Origin: Ophelia neglecta | Lineage: Eukaryota | Reading direction: 5' to 3' | Assembly: GCA_965285935.1 (NCBI GenBank) | Contig: OZ260664.1 | Span: 85,870,001-85,934,000 of the forward strand | DNA: 64,000 bases | Part shown: positions 42,282 through 55,600 of the stretch, piece after piece | How positions within the stretch are numbered: the first letter of the stretch is position 1 | How the letters are laid out: each line of letters begins with the position of its first letter | Program-made: the position numbers and the translations under genes | The notes under the pieces: generated by a model | Told to the model about the DNA's origin: nothing | Seen by the model: the letters and a program-made list of their open reading frames with translations, nothing else | Databases searched by the model: none

Positions 42282-44155
42282 GTTACTGAGATGAGCTATA
42301 TAGAGGCATATAGCTAAGAACTAATCATTCCTCCAATTCACAGGGCGCCCCAGAAACACATGTACCCTTTTATATACCCAAAAATTGGGAATAGTATTGC
42401 CACCGGGAACACGATCTTGTAGATCCACAAATGTTTGCCTTGCGATCGCACGCAAACTGATCAACCAATGGCGATCTATAGCAGTATGAGCACTATGAAT
42501 GGTAGTCCATTGCATTAACTGATCGCGTGATGGAGAAATGAAGTTTTTCATAACACAATGTAGGAAGGACAGTTCCAACTATGAACTGTTATCTTTTTTT
42601 TTTTTAAAAGCGTCGTATTCCGGAGGAATGTCGTAATATCGTAATTTTGTATGGCCCACTCTGTATCCGGGTAAACCTTTCAGTAAACGAATGCCCTTTG
42701 GCGTATTACAATAAATTTCGTTGGCCTCACATAAAAAGTGTGTAATTGGAATTTTTTGCTCCGGCACATGACTGTGTTAAAAGTTGGGACGCGTTTCTTG
42801 AAAACAGGAACCTTTTCTACATAGCGAGCCGCGGCTGTCTGGGTATATCCTGCTTACCCAGTTATATCCGCTTTACTAAGAATCAGCAGTAATCTTGCAA
42901 AAATAATATTCCTATTTGGACCCTGGATTAACATAATGGAATCCACTGACAAGTGTGCGGGCGTCTGGTGACGTATATAAGCCTATTCAAGATTGTTATT
43001 CCGTTATGTGCCATCATCTCCTTTCACAGAACGTTGATCAATAGTTGCTGAATCAGCACGAATGGTCATTGCTTCGATCGACAGCAGCTAACTTTGAATG
43101 GAAGAAAAAAAGGTAAATCAATTTTATCCATCTTTGAATGTTATTGGGAAAAAACAAAATATACAACAGGAACTTATCTTCTTCTAATAGTTAGTGCTTG
43201 AAAGTAGCAACCCTGTGTTTTCATTTTTATTTGCATTAGAATTTTATATGTTCTTTGGTGGCTGATCGGTTTTGTTGACGTCAGCCCGATTTTAAAGGAA
43301 TATTCTTGATTATTAATTTAACTAATTGTCAGTCGGTATGCACTACCAGCTCTTACACTTATGTGACATAATGAGGACGTTATCTCACTTTTATCATATT
43401 TCATGGCAGTCACTGGCATTTTTCATGGCGGTTCCGCATTTTTGATCTAAAATTTATAAACAAAAATTCGATGTGATTTCATAAAAAAATCTTACATTTC
43501 ACAACCGTCCACTTTAGTTAGAATTATAGTATGCAGCAAGTTCATTTAGTCTGTTATATATATTTAGTTTGTTATATGCTGACCTATTCTATAAAATCCA
43601 TACAACTTACCTCTTCTGCCGAAGAGGAGAATTTCCTGAGATATATACATGTAAATGCCCTTTGCTAAGGCGTGTCAAGTAAGCTTCTTGACAATATTAT
43701 GAGGACGGGCATAATTATGCAAAGCAATGTAACAGCGACCAAAGTACATTCGTTAAAAAAAATGCTTGCTTTTAAGAGCTGTTTACAGACAGACCTTTAA
43801 ACTGTGACGAAATCTCTATATGGCTAATACGAACATTTAAATATTCAAACATTCAAATGGTTCCATTATCTAGACCAATATTGTGCCCCAGCAGAAAACA
43901 GGCACTTGACGTGTCTTGTGAATTTGCCAGTCAGGCGCTTAGGATACCCATTTGGCGGACTTTGTACACGCCATTCATCAAGTTGAGGAATTCGAGGTCA
44001 TAAGGGTCATGCGAATAAGTATTAAGACTGGCTACAAGGCAAACTGAAGGTTGATGTACTTAATATACCACCACGGTTTGCAGGCATGTACTATAGGCGA
44101 CCGACAATTTACAATGATGAGAGCGGGAAGGGAGTGGGGAGAGGGGCGGCTACCC

Positions 44156-45761
44156 TATGCTACATCGGGAAAGAGGAATTAAAATTGAGTGTGGAAGTTT
44201 GAGTGTGGAAGTTAGTATGATATATTTCTAGAAGCATTATTATTAAGAACTATTTTGTTCCATGAAGCTAAAATCTTTGATTGATTTTGAGAAGCTAATG
44301 ATTATGTCCAAGAATAGACATTCGTAACCTTCCGCCAATATTTACATATCTTAAGAGTACTGAAGATATAATTTCACCAACATGTTTTTATAAGTGATCC
44401 AAGCCTCCCCACCCCTAACACTTCCTTTGATCGAACCAGTCTCGTCTCCAAGGGTTGTGAAATATCGTCATAAACAGTTGTTTTACCTGTAAACATTATT
44501 TTGTACAAGCTACACACAACAGAAATAAATAGGAATACGTTGCAGAACAAAGTGTATAAATGAAGAAACAATAGCCGGCAACTAAACATAGTTTGTTGAT
44601 CTAGTATGTTGTAAAATCAATATTTGCGTCAGATTCAATTTTCAAAGTTAAAAAGCGAAGGAGCCTGGTGTAATGCAAACGGTGCCAATTCAAGTTACTG
44701 GTTTACTCTTCCCTACAGTAACAATGGTAATTTTATGTTTTGTTTATGACATAGATTTTGCTGGAAAGCATGCTAATAGTTTTCTTGTAAATAGTGCAAA
44801 TAGTCCCCCGAGTTTAGTGGCGCCTTAATTGTATCGTTGCAGATCTAGACAGCAATAAATATCGGTTCTTTAAACTGCTATATTTTTAAACGAGCATGTA
44901 TAGTTTTTTTCTGTTTACATCAGCCTGCACGAAGTCAAATTCATTGATGAAATAATACAACAAAAGCTCGCTACTTCATCCAGCATGCTGTATAGAAATC
45001 ACAATAGGACAGAGTCACATCGCCTTGATATATTTCTGGAATTACTGTATTTTACTCGGAAAGAATCGATTTACTCCCAACGAGTTAGTAAGTTAGTAAG
45101 TTTTATATGCATCACAATAATCAACGAAAAACATGCTACAAGACACCAGTGCGAATGCTAATTATAGACAGTTTGTACTAAACAAAAAAATTAAACTTCA
45201 AGAATTAAGTATGGGTAATCCATCTCTTGCTTTGAAAAAGACTGCTGAATATGAAGTTATCTGAAATATGACATGAACATATTTGGATCGAGACATTATG
45301 CGACCATAAAACACATTAGAAGTTAGGTTATCGTGGAAAATCAACATCTATGACATATCAAGGCATCATTAAGGCCTTTTTATGAGGGCGATAGAAATGT
45401 CGTGCACAGCTAGCGATATATGTTCAAATATGACACGATTATCTAGAACGGTGGTCCAAATATTTTTCTTAGTGGTTTTCTATTTCAAATATTCATTTTA
45501 CACACGCCAAGAGAATTGTGTAAATCTATCAACGAAAAAAAATGTTATTGGATCTCCTCGATAGCGTAAAGTAGATTATATTTAAGCCAGCCGCCGGACA
45601 CATGCATGCATAAACTTTCACATTATTCGCGGGCCTGCTTCCATAATGTTTTCAGCAATTCTGGAAAACGCTAAAATTAAAATATCATTTTACTTCCTTA
45701 TGCTACATCGGGAAAGAGGAAGTAAAATTGAGCGTGGAAGTTTGAGTGTGGAAGTTAGTAT
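44156..45761. repeat. Pair of 63-bp direct repeats (44156-44218 and 45699-45761) between ABCG-B and PKS-B
   Basis: TATGCTACATCGGGAAAGAGGAA(T/G)TAAAATTGAG(T/C)GTGGAAGTTTGAGTGTGGAAGTTAGTAT, with 2 mismatches between the copies. Confidence 0.9.
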
Positions 45762-46689
45762 TACATACTACGAGTTCAAAAACAAAGTCTAATCATTTAG
45801 CCCGTAGTTCACACAACCCCGGGCGCCCTGACAAATTATTCATTTCGCATGATGACTTATCTTCTACGTCCTGCTGCATAATTTATCCAATCCCCGTCCG
45901 GTTTGAATCCAGTTCCATTTTTGTATTCGTAATGGCTTGATATTCCGAATTCACCGAATTACTGTTGCATAGTTTTCCCCACATCTAATACTTCCCGTTC
46001 GTTCACATTTCTTTTACAATTATCGTCATTAGGCAAAAAGTTTTTTTTCATAGACGTATTATGTCTAGAATCAAACCTCCTGACGGAAGATCTGTGCTAT
46101 ATGTGTGAATATATATTTTAAACGAGAAACTGTTTTTATTTCTGGGGCAACATTTTAATAATTGCAAAACAAATAGATTAATTAAAAAAATTGGCAAGTG
46201 TGCGAAAAGTTCAGAGCTGAACTTTTTAATTTAAAAAACACTTAATCTGAATAACACCGGATTGTTTTCGAGACAACTACACTTTATCTTGTTCTTAATT
46301 TCACTACCTGTATGCACAAAGACAATCAGTAATATTTCTAAACTAAACAGAAGATACAACATTTAAACAGTCACAATGTATCTGTGACGTTTCTTGGTAA
46401 CCAGATATGTACATTATTACTCCTCCAATTGTCCCGGTATAACGACTGGTTCATACTCGTGATTTTTACGAGAACAACACAGCGTGAGGATGAGAATTAC
46501 TAAATTTACTATGTTAATGTATAATGCCCTACATGTAGGCTCTCCCCTGTAAGACGGCAGGAGCGAAAATAATGAACAATTTCCTTTTTACCAAAGAAAA
46601 ATGAAAAATATTAACATGTAGCCTTTGCCAATGATTTACATTTATTTTTTCATCAGATGCTCTACATACAGTGAGTTGACATTGGCATC

Positions 46690-49600
46690 ATGGACTTGAA
46701 CCAGGCGGTGGCCATAGTTGGGGTCGCCTGCCGCTTTCCGGGAGGAGCTAACCTCGATGAATTCTGGAAAACGCTGGAGGAAGGGAAATGTCTTATGGAA
46801 GACATCCGGAAAGACAGATGGAGCATTGATGCTTTTTACGACCCAAACAAAGACGCCGCCGGCAAAACATACTCTAAACGGGCAGCTTTCATTGACAAGT
46901 AGGATTTTTATATTGTCGTACAGGGGCGAATACAGTTTTAAATAGTGACAAAATGCGTGCGATGCACCATTCCACAAAAGCTACAAAGTTTATTATCACA
47001 GCGACGTTGAGATTGTCTAAAATAATTGGTATATTGCGCGATATATATTCGATTACAGGGTAAATTTTTAACATTTGAAGGCAGTTATGAATAATATTTA
47101 AACAAGCATATCCGATAAAGGTGTGATTTAGTATGTTACATTGTAATTTAGATGGTAAATTATCAAACAAGTAATGTATTATTAAGTGTGTTCTTTAATG
47201 ATGCCTTTTACAAGTGGTCTGACTCTAGGAGCTTGCAAAACGAATTTTATTCAAACAGTATGAGCATTTATCACTATAGCCGGCTTATCTCGAGTACATG
47301 AGTCAGATCAAGGCACTTCTTGGCGGAGCCTCCCGCGGCGGCATTTGCAATAATTGAGCTTGTATTGCAAAACAACCGATTGGGATAATCGACTAGGTAT
47401 AAGTATAAGTCTGACGGGAATTGAAAATTGGCAATTTGCATTTACACCAACTAGTGAATAACAAATTACCACATGTACCTGGTTTCCTCTAGTATTATAA
47501 TAAAAGCAGGGTTTCTTATGCTGCTTTGATATTTTACACAAAGTGAGTGTCAAGCATAAGAGAAAATCTAGTTCCGCTTTGGCGAAATCAAACTGGCCTC
47601 CACTGATTTGTTATACTTAGTTCACTGAAATTTTTTCAATTTCAGACTCTCGACGAATATAGTTAACCTCATATAGCACAGAACTGAGGTGTTGTCTAAT
47701 TGAATTTTTTTTAAATATTCCAAATTTAGAGAATATAATATTACTTAATTTTTATCACACTACACATGTCTAGTTCACGGGGTCTCAGAATCTGATCCTC
47801 ACGAAGTTATTCAATTTCATTCGTCTCAGGAACGACAGAAGAAATCAAACAGATGCCAGATTTCAGCTGGTCAAATTTCACCCTCGTCAATTGCAACTAT
47901 CTTCAAAAATGGAGACTAGAAGAACCTGCTGTTGTAATGATTTTTTTCGTGGTTGTGCCTCGGTGTGCCCTGTTATATCAGAGTGTTTAATCCCACAATC
48001 TTCATTCCATTGTGCACATTTCATACAAGGATCTACAGAGGCTAGGCCGTTGACTAATTTATTACTTTTATGTACTCCCTCTCAATGTTACACACGATTA
48101 TTCTTATTATAGCCCAACGTCCGTATAACTGCTATAAATTCTAAGCCACTACTCTAGTCTATCACATTGTTATAGGATAATCGATTAATTCAATACCTAA
48201 TATGAGGTTGCAAACGTAGTGGGTAGGAGAATTCTAGACATGTACTGTTGCACCTAGGGCAGTAATCAACCAATATTTCATGATTTAGGCACAACAGTTT
48301 ATTCCAAGTTGGGTTTTTACAGGTAAACTGAATACACGGAGAGCTTTATTGGGAATATTTTATCAAAATGAGTCATTAAACCTTTAAGTACTTTTTTTAT
48401 AGAATCAAACGGGTGCAAAGATTCTAAAAGCAATTTATTACCTTTTTATATATAAAAAAACAGTATACGAGCAGAATTGTCCTTTGTTATATTCACAATG
48501 AAGCGGATAGTCCTCGCAGTCTAAAACACACGCTTCTATTGCAGCGGAAATGCCAGGTTTAGTGTTTGGCAGCATAAGCATAAATAAGTTAAAAACACGG
48601 CGAGGCAAGGCGCCGACGTGACGTGACTTGACTGGACACGTATATTGAAAACCTTAGTGTATATAACTGTAACGCGTCTATTCGAGACCTATAGCCTATA
48701 AGCTATAACCTATAACGCGTTTATTCCTGACCTATAGCCTATGGTACTATAACGCGTTTATTCCTGACCTATAGCCTACGGTACTAAATCGCGTCTATTC
48801 TAGACCTGACCTATAGCCTACGGTACTGTATCGCGTTTTTCTAGAACTATAGCCTTTGGTACTGTAAGGCGGTTATTCAAGACCTAGAGCTTATGCTACT
48901 GTAAGGCGTCTAATCGAGACTTATAGCCTATGGTAGTGTTAGAGGTCTTTGCGAGACATATAGCCTTTGGTAGTGTTAGATATCTATTCGAGACATAAAG
49001 CCTTTGGTACTGTAATGTGTCTATTTGAGACTCATAGCCAATGATATTGTAACGCGTCTATTCTGTAAATCTATTCGAGATCTATAGCCTTGTGTTACAT
49101 AACGCGTGTTTACGAGACCTATAGCCTATGCCACTATGAACCAAGTAACTTTTATGATACATGTATATTCATTTTCGGGATCTACGTGAAATTGATAAAT
49201 AGATATTCTTGCATGATCGTCTAAATCTTGATTTAAAACCCCACAAGAGTTTCAAACCATCGGATAGAAATATAAATTGCTTACTTTCTTTCAGCTGGGA
49301 CGAGTGGGACAATACCTTTTTTGAAGTCAGCGAGGCGGAGGCAGAACGAATGGATCCTCAACAAAAGATCGCGCTTGAATGCGTCTACAAAGCGATAGAG
49401 AACGCGGGCATCAGCATTGACGACCTCTGGGGCAGTAACACCAGTGTGTATATGGGTAAGTAGTATGGTAATCACCATCCTGATAAGCAAATACGATTTG
49501 CTGTTAGCAAGACGTGTACATTTTGCTGAATACATTTCATAGTAAGGATTTTTCAATTTTGTTGCGGGGGGGGGGGGGGAGAGATTATTGCATCCGAGTG

Positions 49601-52600
49601 ATTTCTTTACCAAATGGCTGTACATTCAGAATGCCTTGATTTCAGCCAATTTTTAAAGCAAATTCATTGACACGGTTTGCGATTGAGGCCTCCCAAAACG
49701 TTGGCCGAATTTTCAGCTTCATGGTCACAGCGATATCACCGAAATTGAAGGCCTTCACGGACAATATCTCGGCTGCCATTCTTAAAATCTGAACACTCGC
49801 ATCTCGACCGTTCCTTATGTAGCCCATTCATTTGTGTAGGTGTTGACACGTTTTTCATAACTTGCCATCGCCAACTTGGAGTAGTATTGCAGTATGGAAT
49901 TGTCTCCACACAGTGAGTTAATGTTACGTCATGACAAGTAGTGCAGGATCGGATCGTTTATACACCAGAATGCACTGGTTAACATTATTAAGAGCCATTG
50001 TCCGGCCACTTTTGAAGAAACCTGGTCTGGACAAAAACCTCTTGCAGAATTACAGACCTGTTTCAAATTTGCCCTTTGTGTCAAAAATTATTGAGAAGGC
50101 TGTTGCCGGGCAGATTGAGTCTCATTTGAATGTAAACAATCTCACCGACCCGCTTCAGTCTGCCTATCGTGTCGGTCACTCGACTGAAACAGCTCTGCTG
50201 AAGGTTCATTCAGATATTGCTGAAGCCCTGGACAGGGGTAACAATTATGTTGGATCTCCCCGCAGCCTTCGACACTCTTGACCATGGCATAGTGTTGAAG
50301 CGACTCGACCATATGTATCGCATTCGAGGCAACGCCCTAGAATGGGTAAGATCTTATTTAGAGGGACGGAGGCAGGTTGTGGCCGTCGGTGGCAAGTAGT
50401 CATGCGAGAAAACTTTGTGTTTTGCAGTGCCACAAGGCTCAGTATTAGGCCCGAAGATCTATTGCCTTTATTCCAAGCCGGTAGCAGCAATTATTTCTTG
50501 CCATGGCTTCCTTTATCATATCTATGCTGACGATTCTCAGCTTTACATAATTTTAAAACCTAATCAGGATTTGACATGTGTTGTTAGACAGGTAGAGAAT
50601 TGTGTAGCTGACATCCATGCCTGGATGAACAACAATTTGCTCAAGCTAAATGGCAGTAAGACTGAAGTAATATTTTTCAGTCCCAAATCTCGACCTTTAT
50701 CAACCATTGATGTTTTATTTAAATTTGAATCTACAAATATTCAGCCAGTGGCAGAGGTCAGAAATCTGGGTGTATTTTTTGATTCCCATCTTAGTATGGG
50801 TGCCCAGGTGCGTGCCATAGAAAGGTCCACCAATTTTCAGTTGCGGAATCTCCAGAGGCTTCGGAGATACATGTCTGCTGACACTAGTAAGACCCTTTTC
50901 CAGGCGACAGTTATCTCTCGCCTGGATTACGGCAATGCTCTGCTGATGGGTTTACCTAAAAGTAGTCTTGTCAGACTACAGAAGATACAGAATAGGGCCG
51001 CTAGGCTGATTTCTCTTATACCCATGCAGCAACATATTACTCCGGTGCTTAAGGAGCATCACTGGCTCCCGGTGGAGCAGCGAATTAAGTATAAGTTGTT
51101 GCTCTTGAATCATAAGTCAGTTCATGGCCGGGCCCCGCCATATTTGTCTGGCCTGGTGAGTCATCATACGCAAAACCGCACTCTAAGGTCTTCGTCCATG
51201 GCACTTTTATCTATCCCTCGTGCCACCACAAAAACATATGGAGATCGTTGTTTTAAACTGGTGGCACCAAGCCTCTGGAACCAGCTTCCTGGCCCCCTGA
51301 GACACATTGAGTCAGAATATGTTTTTAAAAAGGATCTAAAGACATTCTTGTTCAGACAGGCCTACAACTAGTCAATCTAGCTCTATAAATTAAATTCTGT
51401 ACAATTATTGTTTTTAACTGGTGGGGAATCTGTTCTTTTAGATAGAAATTTTAGTACTTCCCGCATGGCCTGGTATCATGAATCTGGTCACAGGCCTATA
51501 TCTAGTCGATGGTTAATTTTTAGACTGTAGTATTTGTATTATATTTCCAGTAATTTAAACTGTATATACTTTGATGTAAAGCGCTTAGAGCTTATAGGAT
51601 AAGCGCTATATAAATTTAATAAACATAATCATAAACATAACCATACCTCGGGAAACCCCTTTATAATGTTATGTATCATATCAATTGAACATACATAATA
51701 AACACATTCTTAAGGCAGTATTTCTTCGTTATATTAGTACGCATTAGAACTTGTCTTGGTAATTAAATAATATAGGTTTTAGATTTTGCCTTGTAAAAAA
51801 CACTTTCTCTTCGATTTTAATTATTTACAAGTGCTTTTTAAATTAAATTAGTTTTTGCTTTTGAAGGCTGATGACCGTGGCCAATTTCACTTGGACTCAA
51901 TTTTCCTGCTCAAGTTCTAAGACAATATATCATGTTTGTTGTTTCTTTTGTGGTGTGCTAATTTCTGGTATTTTATTACTTTTCACCTGGGCCTCTTGAG
52001 TGATGTATTTGGTCCTGTGGTTGGTATCTCCCGATGCTGTCAGAACTGTTAGATGGGCGGTGCTTCATTTATGATTTTGCGTTGTCAGCCGGCTATCCAC
52101 TCAGGTCTTTTTTCATCCTGATAATACTTAGCTACTTTGGATTTCATCAAAATAGCATGCATGAAAGATTAAGAATACCATATCACATAACAGATGGGAG
52201 CTGAGTGTTTGTGTGTTTATGTGTGTTGAAGCGAGGGGTGTCTTGTAAAAAGCCTGTTTGTTATCTTTCCTTTTCTTCGCAAAAGTATGTATGAATTGTT
52301 TATTTTCTAATTGGGACCATTCTATTCTTCCAAAATCGCCTATGTGTTCTTGTATTATTTGGAGAAAGAGAACACGGTTTGTGAGAAGGTGCTAATTCTG
52401 CCGAAAGGTGTTCATTTTAATTGAATATAGCCACCTTCAAGACAATGCTAATTTAAAACCACAGAATACATATTTGACATTAATATTTAAAACACTAAAT
52501 GTCTACATAAAACCGGATTCGGAGTTGTTTTTCTTTATTGAACCATATAAAAAGTAGAATGTTTATATTTCAGGACAAATGAATAATGATAAGGCGGGGC

Positions 52601-55600
52601 TGTCCGAGAGAGATTTGTCAGAGGTGTCCAGTTATACCAGTACCGGAATCGCTCGAAGTATGCTGTCCAACCGAGTGTCTTACACCTACAATCTCCAAGG
52701 CCCTTCTATGACCCTGGACACGGCCTGCTCGGCGGGACTCGTGGCGGTCCATCAGGGCATCCGCTCTATCTTGTCGGGTAAGATACATTTTGCGTGTTAG
52801 GGTATGCACTAACATCGATGTATTCAATAACAAAACGCACTTTTAAAAAAGAAACTAAAATCTGACCTACGTGCTAACCAGCTGGTATGTGTATATATTT
52901 GTAATGATTTTACCACGCCGGAAATATATCTTAATTGCTTAAGAGTTGATAAATTTACACTAATGCAACCTGCATCTCGATTTGGCACGGATAGCTCCTT
53001 GGTAAATAGTTATATAGGCGTTTTCTACAAGAAAAATTCCGACCATGAAATAGAACCAAATAAAATACAATATTGATACGGCTGCTTTCTGCCAAATAGC
53101 GCCATGTTACGTTGAATTTTTTTTTCCAATTATATGAAGGTTACGTAACAACTCCATGGTGGACACTGGACCATGTACACTTAAATAATCGAGTTTTTAG
53201 AAATCCAAAATATCGAGTTATTAGTTCGCAATGATGTGCTTATATAGATATCGTAATTTCGAGTGAAAAATGTCCCTTGATAACCTATTAGGTTTGCGTG
53301 TACTCTCGCACAAGAAATTACCTTTTAATCCAACGCGACCAAGTGGCTACCCTACGGCTGTCTGAATCAAACTATACTAAAAATGTATTTCAATAAAAAT
53401 ACATGCCGCCATACATTTGTTCGGAAATTATAACCATTTTTAATCAACCAGGTTCGTATTATGTATAAAGTGGTAATGTCCAAGTAAGATAGCAAAACGT
53501 AATGCAATGACATATATGAAGTATAAAATGAGTTCTTTAAGCGCCCTATGCAATATCTACCAGCCAGATAATTAGGGTATGCTATCGCTGTTATCGCTGA
53601 GAGGAGTCAGAGTTAGTGTTGGATACCGCATTATAATAGTTGTACTAAACTTGCCAACAAAATTTTCTTATTTGATTTAATCATTTCCAGGCGAATGCTG
53701 TGTATCAATATGTGGAGGTATTAGTCTCATACTCTCCCCATCACCATTTGTAGGCCTAAGTAAGGCCCGCATGTCTTCAGAGACCGGAACATGTCACGCC
53801 TTTTCTGACAAGGCCGATGGCTACGCCAGAGGTGAAGGGTGCGGTGTTCTCGTCCTCAAATCAGTCAAACAGGTGGATTATTTACTGTGATACTTAGAGA
53901 TATACAAAGTCCCAACGTATTAAAATGAGAACTTTTTTCCATTTATTCTAACTAAAGATACATTTGAAGTCGTTCTGACTATTTTAAGGCCAAAGAAGAC
54001 GGTGATTACATATGGGGTTTCATTGCATCAGCGGTCAACCAGGACGGCCACACTGTCACACCGATCACTGCACCAAGTGTTACCATGCAGGAGAAATTAC
54101 TAAGAGAGCTGTATGGAAAAATACAACTCGAACCTCAGGTGGTTCAATATGTGGAAGCACACGGTAGGCTACATCACGCGAGGGGCACTATGGTGGTCTG
54201 TAGAGAAAGAAAAAGGTTGCTAAAGTTGTCGTAAAAATGTGTCATATTATCACATTCTGGCGGGGCACATACGCCGATAGTTGTCCAGCTCCTTTTACCA
54301 TTGTATACTTCTTGTTTGGTTTATTACTATGATGTGTTATGTGAATTGTCACCATTATTTCCACAATGATGAAAGTGTACTTCAAGTGCCATTTTATAAC
54401 AAATATCCATCAACTATAGAATTGAGATATAAAGATAAAATAGCATCGGCAGCAGAAGTCAGAAATCAATTAATGGGTCCGTCACGCAAGCTTATTGTTT
54501 AAACAAACTCCAATAAGAGCCACAATAAATTAATGCACAGCACCATTCCAGCTCTTTTGATTAGCATGTGGCCAATTACATTTTATCACTATTTGTACTT
54601 AGTGTTTTCGTTGCCGGACCTTTCGACCTATATCAAAGCACAGCTATACAATTATCGTTTTGGTGTGTCTGTGAAAGTAAAAAAATATATAAATTGATCC
54701 TCAGAAATCTCGGGGAAGATGGCCCGTGCACGGTAGGTTTAGTCACTCCTATTTTCAAGGAAATTTGGTCTTAACATTGATTTTAGTTTACTTGTTTTCT
54801 ATAATTAACGGATTTCTGCTGTACACTATAGAACCTATATTCAAATGCGTGACCAAAAAAGCACTACTTTCATAGGTAAAACCAGGACCCATGGAAAGTA
54901 CGTCCTATTGTTCGACACGTGACCCATGTTTCCGTGAATCTACATTAAATGTAGTATCCTATCGATTGAAAGTGTTCAGATACTTGTTCTTTAAATGACA
55001 TTTGTTTTATTTTTCAGGGACTGGAACACGCGCAGGCGACCCGGTAGAAGTCGGTAGTCTGGGCCGTGTTATCGGCGCCGCCCACGACAAGAAAGATCCC
55101 TGTTGGATAGGTTCTGTGAAAACCAATATCGGTCATACAGAATCAGCGGCCGGTATTGCTGGAACAATCAAAGTTTTGCTGATGATGAGGCATGGTAAGA
55201 TCGTTCCGTCTTTACATTTTGATGTGCCCAACCCGAACATTGACTGGAATTCGTCAAACCTTGCGGTACCTACGTCGGTGATGCCTTGGCAAGTTAACCC
55301 GCAGGGATTACGCATCGCTGGCATAAATTCTTTTGGTTTCGGTGGAACAAATGCGCATGCTATTCTTGTGCAAGAAGAACATTTTCCAAAAACCAGCGGT
55401 CTGGGCGATAAAGGTAATCATGACCTGAACATAGTTACAATTTCGGGAAAGTGTCAAAATGCTTTAACACAATCTATGGCTGACCTTCTCGCTGCCATCA
55501 AATCAGGGCAAATTCAAAAGAATGTTCTTTCTCTGAGCTACACTTCAACTGCTCGTCGACGCCATTTCCGCTTTAGAAGAGCATTTACTGTTCACGACAC

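Noticed and set aside
42321-42767. Two adjacent minus-strand ORFs upstream of the ABCG-B start
   Set aside because: No recognisable domain, no counterpart in cassette A, and no convincing splice signals.
48668-49138. CRISPR-like array
   Set aside because: The units are contiguous and diverged with no unique spacers, there are no cas genes, and the context is a eukaryotic intron.
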